A DNA stretch of 62,533 bases, taken from a virus (lineage: Duplodnaviria > Caudoviricetes). The stretch spans positions 1-62,533 of IMG/VR virus record IMGVR_UViG_3300031963_000146. One strand, given 5' to 3'. Positions 42,293-52,375 of this stretch are shown here, one piece after another. A program made the position numbers and the translations under genes. Positions within the stretch are counted from its first letter, which is position 1; each line of letters starts with the position of its first letter. The notes beneath the pieces were generated by a model, which saw only the letters and a program-made list of their open reading frames with translations, was not told the origin of the DNA and did no database searches.

Positions 42293-43219
42293 ATGAAATT
42301 TAGAGACATTTTACGAGAAATAGAAGACCAAGAAGGCGATGGAATGAAAAGAACATATCAACAATATGATCTAGCAATCCAACCTACAGACATACAAGCA
42401 GCAGTTGAGGCTTTAAAAAATAAAGAAAATTATGGTATCTATTCTAAAAACTTAAGTGATAGATCTAACATAGAAAAAGTTTTTGGCCCTCCAAATCCAA
42501 ACGAAAAAGAAAAAGCAGCTAGAAAAGACTGGATGAATTTAAATTTTACAGCTAAACAAGCTAAAATAAAAGATATTATCACACGTCATCCGAATTGGGA
42601 TAATGTTAAGACTAAATTAGAAATTAATGATGATGATGAGGCTATTAATGAATTAACTAATCTAACATTTGATCAAAATAAAACTACTGGGATATTTGGG
42701 CCTAAATCAAATTTATATTTTCCTCCTAAAACTGGAGAAAATATGAAAAATTTAGGTGGTGTAATGATTGAGGGAACTCATTATGTAGTAGATGGAGATA
42801 AAATTACATTCCCTCAAAAGAATAGTCCATTTAATTCTAAAGCATACTTAGAAAAAGTACTTACTACTATTATGGATAATGCTAATGTTGGGTTTGAAAT
42901 AGTTAATGTTGAAAGAACAGATAATGAAAAACCAGCAACTGCATCCCCTGAAGTTAAAACACTTAAACCTATTGAATTCAAAGATGTAGATAACTATGTA
43001 GCAGATGATATTAAAGATACTTTAACTAAAAAATACCCCAATTTATCAGTATCTATATTTACATCTGAAGAATCAGATTTAGCTGTTTTACGAATTAAAG
43101 GATTTAAAAATAATAGTGAAAGAGCTGCTGTACAAAATGAAGCTAGTAAAATATTAACTGACTTAATGGAAGGAAAATTAAAACGAGACTTTCAAAGGAG
43201 AGCAGGTATTATAAAATAA
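42293..43219 (+). CDS. Hypothetical late protein with C-terminal FQRRAGIIK tag
   Basis: Late motif at 42281; MKFRDILREIE start. Confidence 0.75.
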   Translation: MKFRDILREIEDQEGDGMKRTYQQYDLAIQPTDIQAAVEALKNKENYGIYSKNLSDRSNIEKVFGPPNPNEKEKAARKDWMNLNFTAKQAKIKDIITRHPNWDNVKTKLEINDDDEAINELTNLTFDQNKTTGIFGPKSNLYFPPKTGENMKNLGGVMIEGTHYVVDGDKITFPQKNSPFNSKAYLEKVLTTIMDNANVGFEIVNVERTDNEKPATASPEVKTLKPIEFKDVDNYVADDIKDTLTKKYPNLSVSIFTSEESDLAVLRIKGFKNNSERAAVQNEASKILTDLMEGKLKRDFQRRAGIIK

Positions 43220-43224
43220 TTTGA

Positions 43225-43251
43225 AAAGCTTGTCTCTGACAGGCTTTTTTT
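43225..43251 (+). terminator. Terminator hairpin overlapping the next promoter
   Basis: AAAGCTTGTC-TCT-GACAGGCTTT followed by Ts. Confidence 0.8.
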
Positions 43252-43264
43252 GTATAATTAGGTT

Positions 43265-44173
43265 ATGAAAGAAAATACGTTATATGTAGAGCGTTTTCGC
43301 CCTACCACTTTAGAAACATACGTTGGTAACGAAAGTATTAAAGACACAATCCAAACATACCTTAACCTAGGTGATATCCAAAATTTTATATTTTATGGAC
43401 CTGCAGGTACAGGTAAAACAACATTAGCTAAAATTATAATTAAAAACCTAGATTGCGATTACCTTTATATAAACGCAAGTGATGAAAACGGAATCGACAC
43501 TATTAGAGAGAAAGTAAAGGGATTTGCTAGTGCTGCATCTTGGAAAGGTATTAAAGTAGTAATTCTAGATGAAGCCGATTTTATCACAGTACAAGGACAA
43601 GCCGCTTTACGTAACGTAATTGAAACATTTTCCCGCTCAACACGTTTTATTTTAACTTGTAACTTTATAGAGCGAATTATTGATCCTTTACAATCCAGAT
43701 GCCATACCCTTAAAATTGTACCTCCAACTAAAATGGATGTGTATAATCATTTGACTTGGATTTTAGCTGATCAACTTAATTTATCTTACAAGCAAGATGA
43801 TATAAAAAATTTAATTGTTAAATACTATCCTGACATGCGTAAAATGTTAAATGTTTTACAAATGTCTGTAAAAGATGATGCTATTGTATTAGATGAAACA
43901 GTTTTAACCTCAAACAACTATGTTAAAGAGGTATTAAAGGAACTAGCAGGTAAGAAAAAATGGCTTACAATCCGACAAATCATAGCAGATTCAAATGTTA
44001 AAGACTTTGAAGAACTATATCGTAATTTATTTGAACATGCTCCAAAATATGCCCCCGGCAAAGAAGGATCTGTTGCAATTATATTAAACGAGCATTTATA
44101 TCAAGCAAATTTTAGAATAGACAAAGAAATTAATGTAATGTCTGCAATTGCAAAGATTATAGATGTAATATGA
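43265..44173 (+). CDS. Clamp loader AAA+ subunit (gp44/RFC-like)
   Basis: ERFRP, GPAGTGKTT, INASDE, LDEAD, SRC motifs. Confidence 0.95.
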   Translation: MKENTLYVERFRPTTLETYVGNESIKDTIQTYLNLGDIQNFIFYGPAGTGKTTLAKIIIKNLDCDYLYINASDENGIDTIREKVKGFASAASWKGIKVVILDEADFITVQGQAALRNVIETFSRSTRFILTCNFIERIIDPLQSRCHTLKIVPPTKMDVYNHLTWILADQLNLSYKQDDIKNLIVKYYPDMRKMLNVLQMSVKDDAIVLDETVLTSNNYVKEVLKELAGKKKWLTIRQIIADSNVKDFEELYRNLFEHAPKYAPGKEGSVAIILNEHLYQANFRIDKEINVMSAIAKIIDVI

Positions 44174-44370
44174 AACATTTTTTAAAATACACTCTTTCGT
44201 GGGTATCAAATAATTTAGCCGTACCTTTCTGGACAGTAGGACATATACATTTAATGACCTCAATTTACCAAGATATACACGAATTAATCATGTCATTGGG
44301 AATGAACCTGATAGTTGCAGCAGGATTTATCCATGACTTTATAGAATATAGAAACAATAAAAACAAATAA
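44170..44370 (+). CDS. Small hydrophobic hypothetical protein
   Basis: 66 aa; ATGA overlap with the clamp loader gene. Confidence 0.6.
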   Translation: MKHFLKYTLSWVSNNLAVPFWTVGHIHLMTSIYQDIHELIMSLGMNLIVAAGFIHDFIEYRNNKNK

Positions 44371-44371
44371 A

Positions 44372-44617
44372 ATGCAAGAAAAACCACAATTAAACATTGA
44401 CTTCCAAAACACAACATCCGTTGAAGGATTTGATGGAGGTAAATTATTTGGACAAGCAGTAGTAATCCGTAAAGTATCTAAATTCCTAGTTGGATCAGAC
44501 GAGGACATGCTTATCCCAGTCCCAGTATTTTACGATTTGGACAGTAAAAAAATCTTACCAGATTCCCTTCCAAAAGAAATCCGTGACGAATACAAAGATA
44601 TTTCTTTAGATGTCTAA
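44372..44617 (+). CDS. Hypothetical protein
   Basis: 81 aa ORF in the clamp-loader operon. Confidence 0.7.
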   Translation: MQEKPQLNIDFQNTTSVEGFDGGKLFGQAVVIRKVSKFLVGSDEDMLIPVPVFYDLDSKKILPDSLPKEIRDEYKDISLDV

Positions 44618-45038
44618 AAAACAGATAAAAGATATTTGGGGGTGGTTAAACGAAATCACCCTCTATAAAACACCAATTGAAAATATCTCTGAGGAGTCGT
44701 GGGATAAATGGAATTCTTATATGATACATCGATATGTATCTATGAATATAAACTATGTTGAATTAGCAAATTATATTCAAACTCTACCATACGACAACAA
44801 AAAACAAATATATTTAATTTATAGAGAGATGATTCCAAAAAACAAGGTGTTCTTGAAGTATATCAAATCAAGGACAAAAAAACAGCCTGCTATATTGGTA
44901 GAGCATGTAGCAAAGTATTTTGAATGTAGCTTAGGTGAAGCAGAAGAGTACATTGACATTTTACGTGAACATGGTGTTCGTAGAGTCCTTTATGATATGG
45001 GAGTAGATGAAAAAGAAGCTAAAAAATTAATGAAATGA
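44610..45038 (+). CDS. Clamp loader small subunit (gp62-like)
   Basis: YMIHRYVSM...FLKYIK...VAKYFECS..EAEEY..IL pattern; near gp44. Confidence 0.7.
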   Translation: MSKKQIKDIWGWLNEITLYKTPIENISEESWDKWNSYMIHRYVSMNINYVELANYIQTLPYDNKKQIYLIYREMIPKNKVFLKYIKSRTKKQPAILVEHVAKYFECSLGEAEEYIDILREHGVRRVLYDMGVDEKEAKKLMK

Positions 45039-45316
45039 CATTTGTACCACAAAAAGATCCTTTAACAGGAAAACCATACGGAATATCAATTGGAGAAAAC
45101 GAACGAGTAATTCCAACAACAGACTCAATTGTTGACTCAATTATAGACAAATTTATTGAAAGGGCCACCACAGGAAAACAAAAATATAATACAGATCTAG
45201 ATAGATCAGATCTATCCCTAGAAGATTGGCTTGAACATAGCATCCAGGAAAAGTTAGACGATATTTTATACATGCAAAAAGCTTTAAAAACATTGCGTGA
45301 ATCAAAAACTCCATAA
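45035..45316 (+). CDS. Small all-alpha nucleotide pyrophosphohydrolase-like protein
   Basis: R...G..KY...LDR.DL...W..H..QE..D..LY pattern. Confidence 0.5.
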   Translation: MTFVPQKDPLTGKPYGISIGENERVIPTTDSIVDSIIDKFIERATTGKQKYNTDLDRSDLSLEDWLEHSIQEKLDDILYMQKALKTLRESKTP

Positions 45317-45328
45317 TATTTATAATAA

Positions 45329-45499
45329 ATGAATAATAAGGGAATATACGAAAAGGCAGCTATTGGTTTCAACGAAAAAAAACGTATGAAAAAATTAGCA
45401 GGTATTCAAGAGAATAAAAAAACATTATCCCCCGAATTTAAAGAAAAAATAGATCAATTAGCTATTAATAGTAGAAAAGATTTAGATGGAATTAAATGA
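45329..45499 (+). CDS. Small late protein with RMKKLAGIQE tag (56 aa, not in ORF track)
   Basis: MNNKGIYEKAAIGFNEKKRMKKLAGIQENKK...; late motif at 45316. Confidence 0.65.
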   Translation: MNNKGIYEKAAIGFNEKKRMKKLAGIQENKKTLSPEFKEKIDQLAINSRKDLDGIK

Positions 45500-46214
45500 G
45501 GAAAGTAGTGATTTTGTTTATTTAGGAAAACGAATAGACAAAGCCTTAGATTATATTCAAAATAGTAAAACTGATCTACTAGATTGGTTTAAACAATATG
45601 TTGAAATTCCTTACCAAGATATAATGTCTGGGGAACTAGATTTAGAAGAGGAAGATTATACATTTGATTATTTAGATTCCTTATTAGATGACCTAGAAAA
45701 AAAATTTAATGTAATATTTGAAACCAAAAATAAAATGACACAAGAACAACTACGCATGCAATTCCTTTCAGGTGTGATCACAGAAAGCGAATATAAAACA
45801 AAATTAGAAGAACTTAACACTCCATCAGAAAAAGATTCTTTAAACGAAAATTTTATTGGAATGAGTGCTATTAACAATCCATTTGCTGACCGCAAAAAAG
45901 AAACATATGAAGATGCTTTTGAACATTTTTTAAGCCAAAAATATACTTTAAATGAAAATGAAAATCAAGCATTGGGAACATTGTTCTATGAAGAGGATGG
46001 TGATTATTTCTATAATGAAGAAAAATTAATCGAACTTATTAAAAATATGGGGTACGATGATGCTGAGGAAATTGCTAATGAAATCATGACTATATCTTCT
46101 CCAGAAGATGATTTAGAAATGTTTAGAAATAAATATAACCAACCTGATTTAGGAATGGAAGGTATTACTTTAGATATGATAAAGAAAAGTATCGAAGACG
46201 AATTTGAAAAATAA
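45486..46214 (+). CDS. Acidic hypothetical protein with internal RMQFLSGVITE tag
   Basis: 242 aa; possible internal start at 45735; repeated LNE motifs. Confidence 0.7.
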   Translation: MELNEESSDFVYLGKRIDKALDYIQNSKTDLLDWFKQYVEIPYQDIMSGELDLEEEDYTFDYLDSLLDDLEKKFNVIFETKNKMTQEQLRMQFLSGVITESEYKTKLEELNTPSEKDSLNENFIGMSAINNPFADRKKETYEDAFEHFLSQKYTLNENENQALGTLFYEEDGDYFYNEEKLIELIKNMGYDDAEEIANEIMTISSPEDDLEMFRNKYNQPDLGMEGITLDMIKKSIEDEFEK

Positions 46215-46236
46215 TTAAAATCAGACAACTACTAAA

Positions 46237-46470
46237 ATGAACCCAAGAGACACAGTCAAATTAGATATTCCTCTATTTATTCGTTTACTCGAATATGCTA
46301 GAGAAGATGCAAAAGACGACATGGATTTACACCGTGTTGCAGAAAACGCAATTGATTTGTCTCGTTTAGGTGGAACCTTAGGGATGATCGATTACGAAAA
46401 CATAATTGGCCCTCAAGAAAATATTGAAGAAATCAAACGTTGGCAGTTAAGAGCTGGCATAATAAAATAA
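46237..46470 (+). CDS. Hypothetical protein with C-terminal RWQLRAGIIK tag
   Basis: DIPLFIRLLEYARED..DMDLH; 77 aa. Confidence 0.75.
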   Translation: MNPRDTVKLDIPLFIRLLEYAREDAKDDMDLHRVAENAIDLSRLGGTLGMIDYENIIGPQENIEEIKRWQLRAGIIK

Positions 46471-46473
46471 AAA

Positions 46474-46590
46474 ATGTCTAAAGCAAAAAAAGAAGGTAAA
46501 CAAAAACGTAATAGAGGCAATTTAGCTAAACGTTTAAAGTTAATTGAAAAAAATACTCAATTACTAAACAAATTTCAAGAAACGGCTTAG
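46474..46590 (+). CDS. Small basic peptide (38 aa)
   Basis: MSKAKKEGKQKRNRGNLAKR...; A-rich start context. Confidence 0.45.
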   Translation: MSKAKKEGKQKRNRGNLAKRLKLIEKNTQLLNKFQETA

Positions 46591-46647
46591 GACCGTTTGC
46601 TGGTTACAGTAAGAGAATACTTTTATCGCTATCAAGATATTCTCAAG

Positions 46648-46674
46648 AAAGCTTGCCTTTGGCAGGCTTTTTTT
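46648..46674 (+). terminator. Terminator hairpin overlapping the next promoter
   Basis: AAAGCTTGCC-TTT-GGCAGGCTTT followed by Ts. Confidence 0.8.
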
Positions 46675-46687
46675 GTATCTTTACCCT

Positions 46688-47626
46688 ATGGCCAAGAAAA
46701 AACTACCTTCTATATTAAAGGAAATAAAAACTAAGGTTTTACCCGAAATTGATTATGCAACCCAAAAATCAATTTCATATTCCCAATTTTCTATGTTCAA
46801 TGAGTGCCCTAAAAAATGGTCACTCCAATACAAAGAAGGACACAAACAATTTACCTCTACAATCCATACAGTTTTTGGAACAGCATTACACGAAACACTC
46901 CAGCATTACCTAACTGTATTTTACGAACAAAGTGGAGCAGAAGCAGACCGAATCAATACCTCTGAAATGCTAGAGGAAAAACTTAGAGAAGAATACAAAA
47001 AACAATACAAAGCAAACAACAACCAACATTTTGTAACCCCAGACGAGTTAAGAGAATTTTACGAAGATGGAGTAGAGATTATAAGAGAGATAGCTAAAGA
47101 TAGAGGAAAACATTTTGGTAAAAGAGGATGGCATTTAGTTGGATGTGAAATTCCACTTATACTATCTCCTGATCCAAAATTACCAAACATAATGTTTCAA
47201 GGTTTTTTAGATATTGTTTTGTACCACGAACCAACAAACAAAATTAAAATCATAGATATCAAAACAAGCAGACAAGGTTGGAACAAAAAACAAAAAGCAG
47301 ACGAAAACAAACAATTTCAACTTATAGCTTATAAAAAATATTTTTCCGAGCTATACAATATGCCTTTAGAAAACATTGATGTTGAATTCATGATTGTAAA
47401 ACGTAAAATATTTGAAAGTGAACAATTTGTTATAAAAAGAGTACAATGGTTTAAACCGGCGGCAGGTAAAGTAAAATTAAACAGAGTAACAAAATCTATA
47501 GAAGAATTCATAGAAAGCGCGTTTGATTGGAATGGTTTTAAAAAAGTTGAACACCAACCAAAACCAAATGAAAATTGTAAATGGTGTCCTTTTTATAAAA
47601 CTCATTTATGCTCTGCGACCTATTGA
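46688..47626 (+). CDS. PD-(D/E)XK exonuclease (RecB/Cas4-like)
   Basis: ISYSQ...CP, FGTALHE, GFLD, IIDIKTS, QL..Y, CKWCP...C. Confidence 0.88.
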   Translation: MAKKKLPSILKEIKTKVLPEIDYATQKSISYSQFSMFNECPKKWSLQYKEGHKQFTSTIHTVFGTALHETLQHYLTVFYEQSGAEADRINTSEMLEEKLREEYKKQYKANNNQHFVTPDELREFYEDGVEIIREIAKDRGKHFGKRGWHLVGCEIPLILSPDPKLPNIMFQGFLDIVLYHEPTNKIKIIDIKTSRQGWNKKQKADENKQFQLIAYKKYFSELYNMPLENIDVEFMIVKRKIFESEQFVIKRVQWFKPAAGKVKLNRVTKSIEEFIESAFDWNGFKKVEHQPKPNENCKWCPFYKTHLCSATY

Positions 47627-47669
47627 CATCCCTACATATGTATATACAACAATATTAAATTAAAAACAT

Positions 47670-47867
47670 ATGAGTGAAAAAAACCAACAATTAACGTCCG
47701 TAAAAATAGACAAAGATCTATTTGAGCAATTTAGAGTAGAGTGTATTAAGCGTAAATTTAGCTTTCAAAAACTAAGTGAAAGAGCAATCCACCTATATTT
47801 AACAAACGAGGAATTTAGAAAACAAGTTCACAACCACAATGACTTAAGCTTGGAAACCGAAGAATAA
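47670..47867 (+). CDS. Ribbon-helix-helix-like small DNA-binding protein
   Basis: LTSVKIDKDLFEQF...SFQKL.ERAIHLYL pattern; late motif at 47636. Confidence 0.6.
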   Translation: MSEKNQQLTSVKIDKDLFEQFRVECIKRKFSFQKLSERAIHLYLTNEEFRKQVHNHNDLSLETEE

Positions 47868-47898
47868 GTTTTTACATTTAAAATAAATTAACAGTTAT

Positions 47899-48078
47899 AT
47901 GGAACATACAGAAAAATCAAATTTAAAAGTCAGAATCCAAATTCTTGATTCTAATGATCAAGTTCTTATACATTCTACAATTAATCTAACAGAAATAAAT
48001 GATTTAAAAGTATATACTAATGTCAGTGCATTAGATGAAATTTATTTAATGTTATTAGATGAATTAAAACAAAAATAA
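47899..48078 (+). CDS. Small hypothetical protein (59 aa, not in ORF track)
   Basis: AGTTATATG start after the promoter at 47850-47880; fills the gap. Confidence 0.6.
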   Translation: MEHTEKSNLKVRIQILDSNDQVLIHSTINLTEINDLKVYTNVSALDEIYLMLLDELKQK

Positions 48079-48084
48079 AGTTAT

Positions 48085-49524
48085 ATGAAAGAAAAGTTTA
48101 AACACTTGCCTCAAAACGAGAGGAAAAAAATCCTATTAATTTGCGACGACATTAGAGTCCATTCCGGAGTAGCAACAGTAGCACGTGAATTAGTTTTAAA
48201 CACAGCCCACCACTTTAATTGGGTTAATATTGCGGGAGCAATCAATCATCCCGAACAAGGTAAACGTTTTGATTTATCTCAAGACACAAACACAAACACA
48301 GGTTTAACAGATGCTTCTGTTTTTCTTTACCCTGTAAATGGTTATGGTGATGCAGATTTTATTCGTCACATGATTGAACTAGAAAAACCAGATGCAATCA
48401 TGTTAATAACGGACCCAAGATATTTTGAGTGGTTGTTTATGATTGAAAATGAGATTAGAAAACATATGCCAATCATTTATTTAAACATCTGGGATGATTA
48501 TCCAGCACCACTGTACAACAAAGCATTTTACGAGTCGTGTGATGCATTGTTAGCAATTTCAAAACAAACAAAGTTAATAAACGAGTTGGTTTTAGGTGAT
48601 AAAGCAAAAAGTAAAGTTATTGAGTATGTTCCTCATGGTTTAAATGAAGATCATTTTTATCCAATGGAATCGGAAAGTGATTTAAAAGAGCTAGAGGCAG
48701 TTAAAAACCAAATATTTGGTAACCAAGAAAAGGATTTTGTAGTATTTTTTAATTCAAGAAACATTAGACGTAAACAAATCCCAGATACAATGCTTGCGTT
48801 TAGATTCTTTTTAGACACATTACCAAAAGAAAAAGCAGAAAAATGTGCTCTAGTTTTACATACCGAAATTATTTCAGAACATGGAACTGATTTGGATGCG
48901 GTAAGAAATATTTTATTTAACGATTATCCAAACGCAATTTATTTTTCAACAAACAAATTAGACCACAAACAATTAAATTGCTTATACAATATTGCCGATG
49001 CTCAAATTTTATTAACTTCAAATGAAGGATGGGGCTTATCTTTAACAGAGGCAATTTTAGCGGGAACTCCAATTATAGCAAACGTAACAGGTGGAATGCA
49101 AGATCAAATGCGTTTTGAAGACGAGTATGGAAATTGGTTTATACCAACTCCAAAATTACCTTCAAACCACACTGGTAGATTGAAAAACCATGGTTGTTGG
49201 GCGTTTCCGGTTTATCCAACAAATCGTTCAATTCAAGGTTCACCTAAAACACCTTATATTTGGGATGATAGATGCACAGCAGAGGATGCAGCCGCTCGTA
49301 TTTCTGAAGTATATGCTTTAGATAGAAAAATGAGAAAAGAACTTGGTAAAACAGGAAGACATTGGGCTTTAAATGAAGCAGGGTTAACTGGAGAACATAT
49401 GGGAGTTAGAGCAATTAACGCGATAGATCAATTATTTGAAACGTGGACTCCACGCTCAAAATATGAGTTAATCAACTGTAATGAAGTAGAAACAGATACA
49501 ATTAGACACGAATTATTATATTAA
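48085..49524 (+). CDS. Glycosyltransferase, GT-B fold (GT4-like)
   Basis: SGVA, YVPHG, RNIRRK, EGWGLSLTEA..GTPII...GG. Confidence 0.88.
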   Translation: MKEKFKHLPQNERKKILLICDDIRVHSGVATVARELVLNTAHHFNWVNIAGAINHPEQGKRFDLSQDTNTNTGLTDASVFLYPVNGYGDADFIRHMIELEKPDAIMLITDPRYFEWLFMIENEIRKHMPIIYLNIWDDYPAPLYNKAFYESCDALLAISKQTKLINELVLGDKAKSKVIEYVPHGLNEDHFYPMESESDLKELEAVKNQIFGNQEKDFVVFFNSRNIRRKQIPDTMLAFRFFLDTLPKEKAEKCALVLHTEIISEHGTDLDAVRNILFNDYPNAIYFSTNKLDHKQLNCLYNIADAQILLTSNEGWGLSLTEAILAGTPIIANVTGGMQDQMRFEDEYGNWFIPTPKLPSNHTGRLKNHGCWAFPVYPTNRSIQGSPKTPYIWDDRCTAEDAAARISEVYALDRKMRKELGKTGRHWALNEAGLTGEHMGVRAINAIDQLFETWTPRSKYELINCNEVETDTIRHELLY

Positions 49525-49535
49525 AAAATTAAATT

Positions 49536-49784
49536 ATGGAAAATTACAAAACAAGTTTTTACAACCCAGAAACATCTGAAAAAACAGAAATTGAAACTAA
49601 AATCTCTGTAGATTTGGTAAACAAAATACGTCGCGACCTAGAAAGTCTACAAGGTTATCTCGTAACACCTACATTAATTAATCCTAATGATAAGGATTCT
49701 GTTGTGTTTGGTATTGTGGATATGAATAATACTGATAATGGCAAAAAAATGAAATATAAGGTGACAATCTCACCTAACAATTAA
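49536..49784 (+). CDS. Hypothetical protein
   Basis: 82 aa ORF. Confidence 0.65.
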   Translation: MENYKTSFYNPETSEKTEIETKISVDLVNKIRRDLESLQGYLVTPTLINPNDKDSVVFGIVDMNNTDNGKKMKYKVTISPNN

Positions 49785-49805
49785 AATAAAGCTATATTTT
49801 TCCAA

Positions 49806-49839
49806 TAGGCACACATATGTATAATCAAACGTGTGCCTA
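49806..49839 (+). promoter_or_regulatory. Start-occluding hairpin with late promoter in its loop
   Basis: TAGGCACAC / GTGTGCCTA perfect 9-bp inverted repeat enclosing ATATGTATA, abutting ATG at 49840. Confidence 0.7.
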
Positions 49840-50517
49840 ATGGATTATACAAGAATATACAATCAAATTATTGAGCGTGCCCAAACCCGTAAACTAGAGG
49901 GATATGTTGAAAAACACCATATAGTACCAAAATGTATTGGAGGTTTAGACGTAAAAGAAAATATTGTTGAATTGACTGCTCGTGAACATTTTTTATGCCA
50001 TATGTTACTTTGTGAAATATACCCACAAGAATATAAACTCAAACATGCTTTGTTTTTGATGGCTATAGGAAAACAAAAAGTAAAAGAAAAAACATATGTT
50101 ATAGGTTCAAGAGTATATGAGCGGTTAAAAGAAGAATATTCTGCTATGTTAACTGGAAAAAAACAATCTCAAGATACCAAAAACAAGAAAAGTAAAAGTA
50201 TGTTGAGTGTTTGGGATGGAAAAACAAAAGAAGAAATGTCTGAAATTGGACAAAAAAGATGGAATACAAGGAAGGAAAATGGGACTGATAAAATAACTTG
50301 GGGAAATAAAATATCCCAATCTTTAAAAGGAAGAGATACTACCCAAGCAAACCAATCTAGAAGTAAACCTATTCTCCAATTTGATACCCAAAATAATTTC
50401 CTTAAAGAATGGCCAAGCATTTCAGAAGCTGAAAGGCAACTAGGAGGAGATATTAAAAGTGCAATTGCAGGAAGACAGAAAACAGCTGCAGGATTTATTT
50501 GGAAACCTAAAAATTAA
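49840..50517 (+). CDS. HNH homing endonuclease with NUMOD-like DNA-binding C-terminus
   Basis: EKHHIVPKC.GG.D..EN.V.LT.REH..CH; KISQSLKG; KPILQFD...KEWPSISEA...KTAAGFIW. Confidence 0.92.
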   Translation: MDYTRIYNQIIERAQTRKLEGYVEKHHIVPKCIGGLDVKENIVELTAREHFLCHMLLCEIYPQEYKLKHALFLMAIGKQKVKEKTYVIGSRVYERLKEEYSAMLTGKKQSQDTKNKKSKSMLSVWDGKTKEEMSEIGQKRWNTRKENGTDKITWGNKISQSLKGRDTTQANQSRSKPILQFDTQNNFLKEWPSISEAERQLGGDIKSAIAGRQKTAAGFIWKPKN

Positions 50518-50544
50518 ATTATATATTAAATCAAAATAAAAAAT

Positions 50545-51858
50545 ATGAGTAAACCAGTTTTTGTAATTAGTTGTGCGATTGATACATACAGTGGCTATGG
50601 CGCACGTTCACGCGATATCGTTAAAGCAATCATTGAATTGGAGAAATACGATGTTAAAATAGCCCCTCAACGATGGGGAGCTACACCTAAAGGATTCATT
50701 AAAGATAACCCAGAATGGGAATTTTTAAACAAACATATCTTAACCAACCCACAATTACCAGCTCAACCTGAAATTTGGATGCAAATTACAGTTCCAAACG
50801 AATTTCAACCAATTGGAAAATATAACATTGGATGCACAGCAGGAATTGAAACTACAATTGCTCCTGCAGAATGGATTGAAGGATGTTCACGTATGAATTT
50901 AATTTTAGGTTCCTCAAAACATACAATTGATGTATTAAAAAGTTCTAAATTTGAAAAACGCGATCAAAGAACAAACCAACCAATGGGAGTAATTGAGTGG
51001 AATGGAGATAGTGAGGTTATATTTGAGGGAGCAAATACAGAAGTATATGGTCCTTTAATAATGCCAACAAAAATGAAACTAGCAGACTATATAATAGAGG
51101 ATTTCTGCTTTTTGTTTGTAGGACATTGGATGCAAGGTCAACTAGGTGAGGATAGAAAAAATGTAGGATTGCTTGTAAAAGCATTTTACGAAACATTTAA
51201 AAACAAGAAGAAAAAACCAGCCCTTATTTTAAAAACATCTCAAGTAGGATCCTCTTATATGGATAGAGATGAGATTCTGAAGAGAATTAAAGCAATTAAA
51301 GATTCTTGTAAATCTAAAAATTTACCTAACGTATATTTGTTACACGGTGAACTTTCAGATGTTGAAATGAATGAATTATACAACCAATCCAAAGTTAAAG
51401 CAATGGTTAATTTAACTAAAGGAGAAGGATTTGGTCGTCCATTACTTGAATTTTCACTTGTAAATAAACCAATCATTACAACAAATTGGAGTGGTCATAT
51501 TGATTATTTGAATCCTGAATTTACAACGTTGTTACCTGGTACTTTAACAAATGTTCACCCGAGTGCGGCAAACAACATGCTGATGCAAGAGGCACAATGG
51601 TTTTCTGTTGATAATGGGCACGTAGGACATTATTTAAAGGATGTATTTGAAAACTATAAAGGATATGCTGAAAAAGCAAAACGTCAAGGTTTCCAATCAA
51701 GATCAAAATTCTCATTTGAGGCAATGAAAGAAAAATTAGGCAAAGTATTTGAAGAAAAAATACCAGAGTTTCCAAAGCATATACAGTTACAATTACCGAA
51801 ACTTTCTAAAATAGAGCTTCCAAAACTCAAAAAAGTAGAAACAACAGAAACAAAATAA
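50545..51858 (+). CDS. Glycosyltransferase, GT-B fold (GT4-like)
   Basis: SGYG, FLFVG, RKNV, GEGFGRPLLE...PIITT.WSG. Confidence 0.88.
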   Translation: MSKPVFVISCAIDTYSGYGARSRDIVKAIIELEKYDVKIAPQRWGATPKGFIKDNPEWEFLNKHILTNPQLPAQPEIWMQITVPNEFQPIGKYNIGCTAGIETTIAPAEWIEGCSRMNLILGSSKHTIDVLKSSKFEKRDQRTNQPMGVIEWNGDSEVIFEGANTEVYGPLIMPTKMKLADYIIEDFCFLFVGHWMQGQLGEDRKNVGLLVKAFYETFKNKKKKPALILKTSQVGSSYMDRDEILKRIKAIKDSCKSKNLPNVYLLHGELSDVEMNELYNQSKVKAMVNLTKGEGFGRPLLEFSLVNKPIITTNWSGHIDYLNPEFTTLLPGTLTNVHPSAANNMLMQEAQWFSVDNGHVGHYLKDVFENYKGYAEKAKRQGFQSRSKFSFEAMKEKLGKVFEEKIPEFPKHIQLQLPKLSKIELPKLKKVETTETK

Positions 51859-51861
51859 AAC

Positions 51862-52329
51862 ATGCAACACGAAGAAATAATCAATTGTCCTAAATCAGGT
51901 GGAGACCTATGTTACAAAACACAAGTAACACCTGACATCTATAACTTCATGAGTTTAAGCTGTGGTTTTTGGACTAACAGTTTAATGAAAGAAGGTGAAG
52001 AATTTTATGAAGTACAAATGGAAACACTACCCGAGCTATACAAAGATTTAGCTTGGGTGGATGAAAAAACAGGTTTAACTTGGATTCCAAACACTATCAA
52101 CCAACCAGGTTTAGGAATGGTATTTGCTAATGGTTCCAATGCTCAAAATTGGGGATGGGCAGCAGTTAAATCTGTTGAAATTCCTGAGGAGGAAAGACAA
52201 AACCACCCAATCCCAGGTAAACCAGGAGAGTTCATGGAACATAAAATGGACATGGCTAATATGAAAATATTTAACGAGCGTGATTATATTGAAGCTTTAG
52301 ATTTTATAGGTATTTTTCAAAATAACTAG
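51862..52329 (+). CDS. Hypothetical protein
   Basis: 155 aa ORF within the glycosylation island. Confidence 0.7.
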   Translation: MQHEEIINCPKSGGDLCYKTQVTPDIYNFMSLSCGFWTNSLMKEGEEFYEVQMETLPELYKDLAWVDEKTGLTWIPNTINQPGLGMVFANGSNAQNWGWAAVKSVEIPEEERQNHPIPGKPGEFMEHKMDMANMKIFNERDYIEALDFIGIFQNN

Positions 52330-52375
52330 GATATTCAAAAATCTTTTAATATATTCCATTCAAAATAAAAGTTAT

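Noticed and set aside
46688-47626. Cas4-like nuclease as evidence of CRISPR-Cas
   Set aside because: No repeat-spacer array or other cas genes; solo PD-(D/E)XK nucleases are common in phages.
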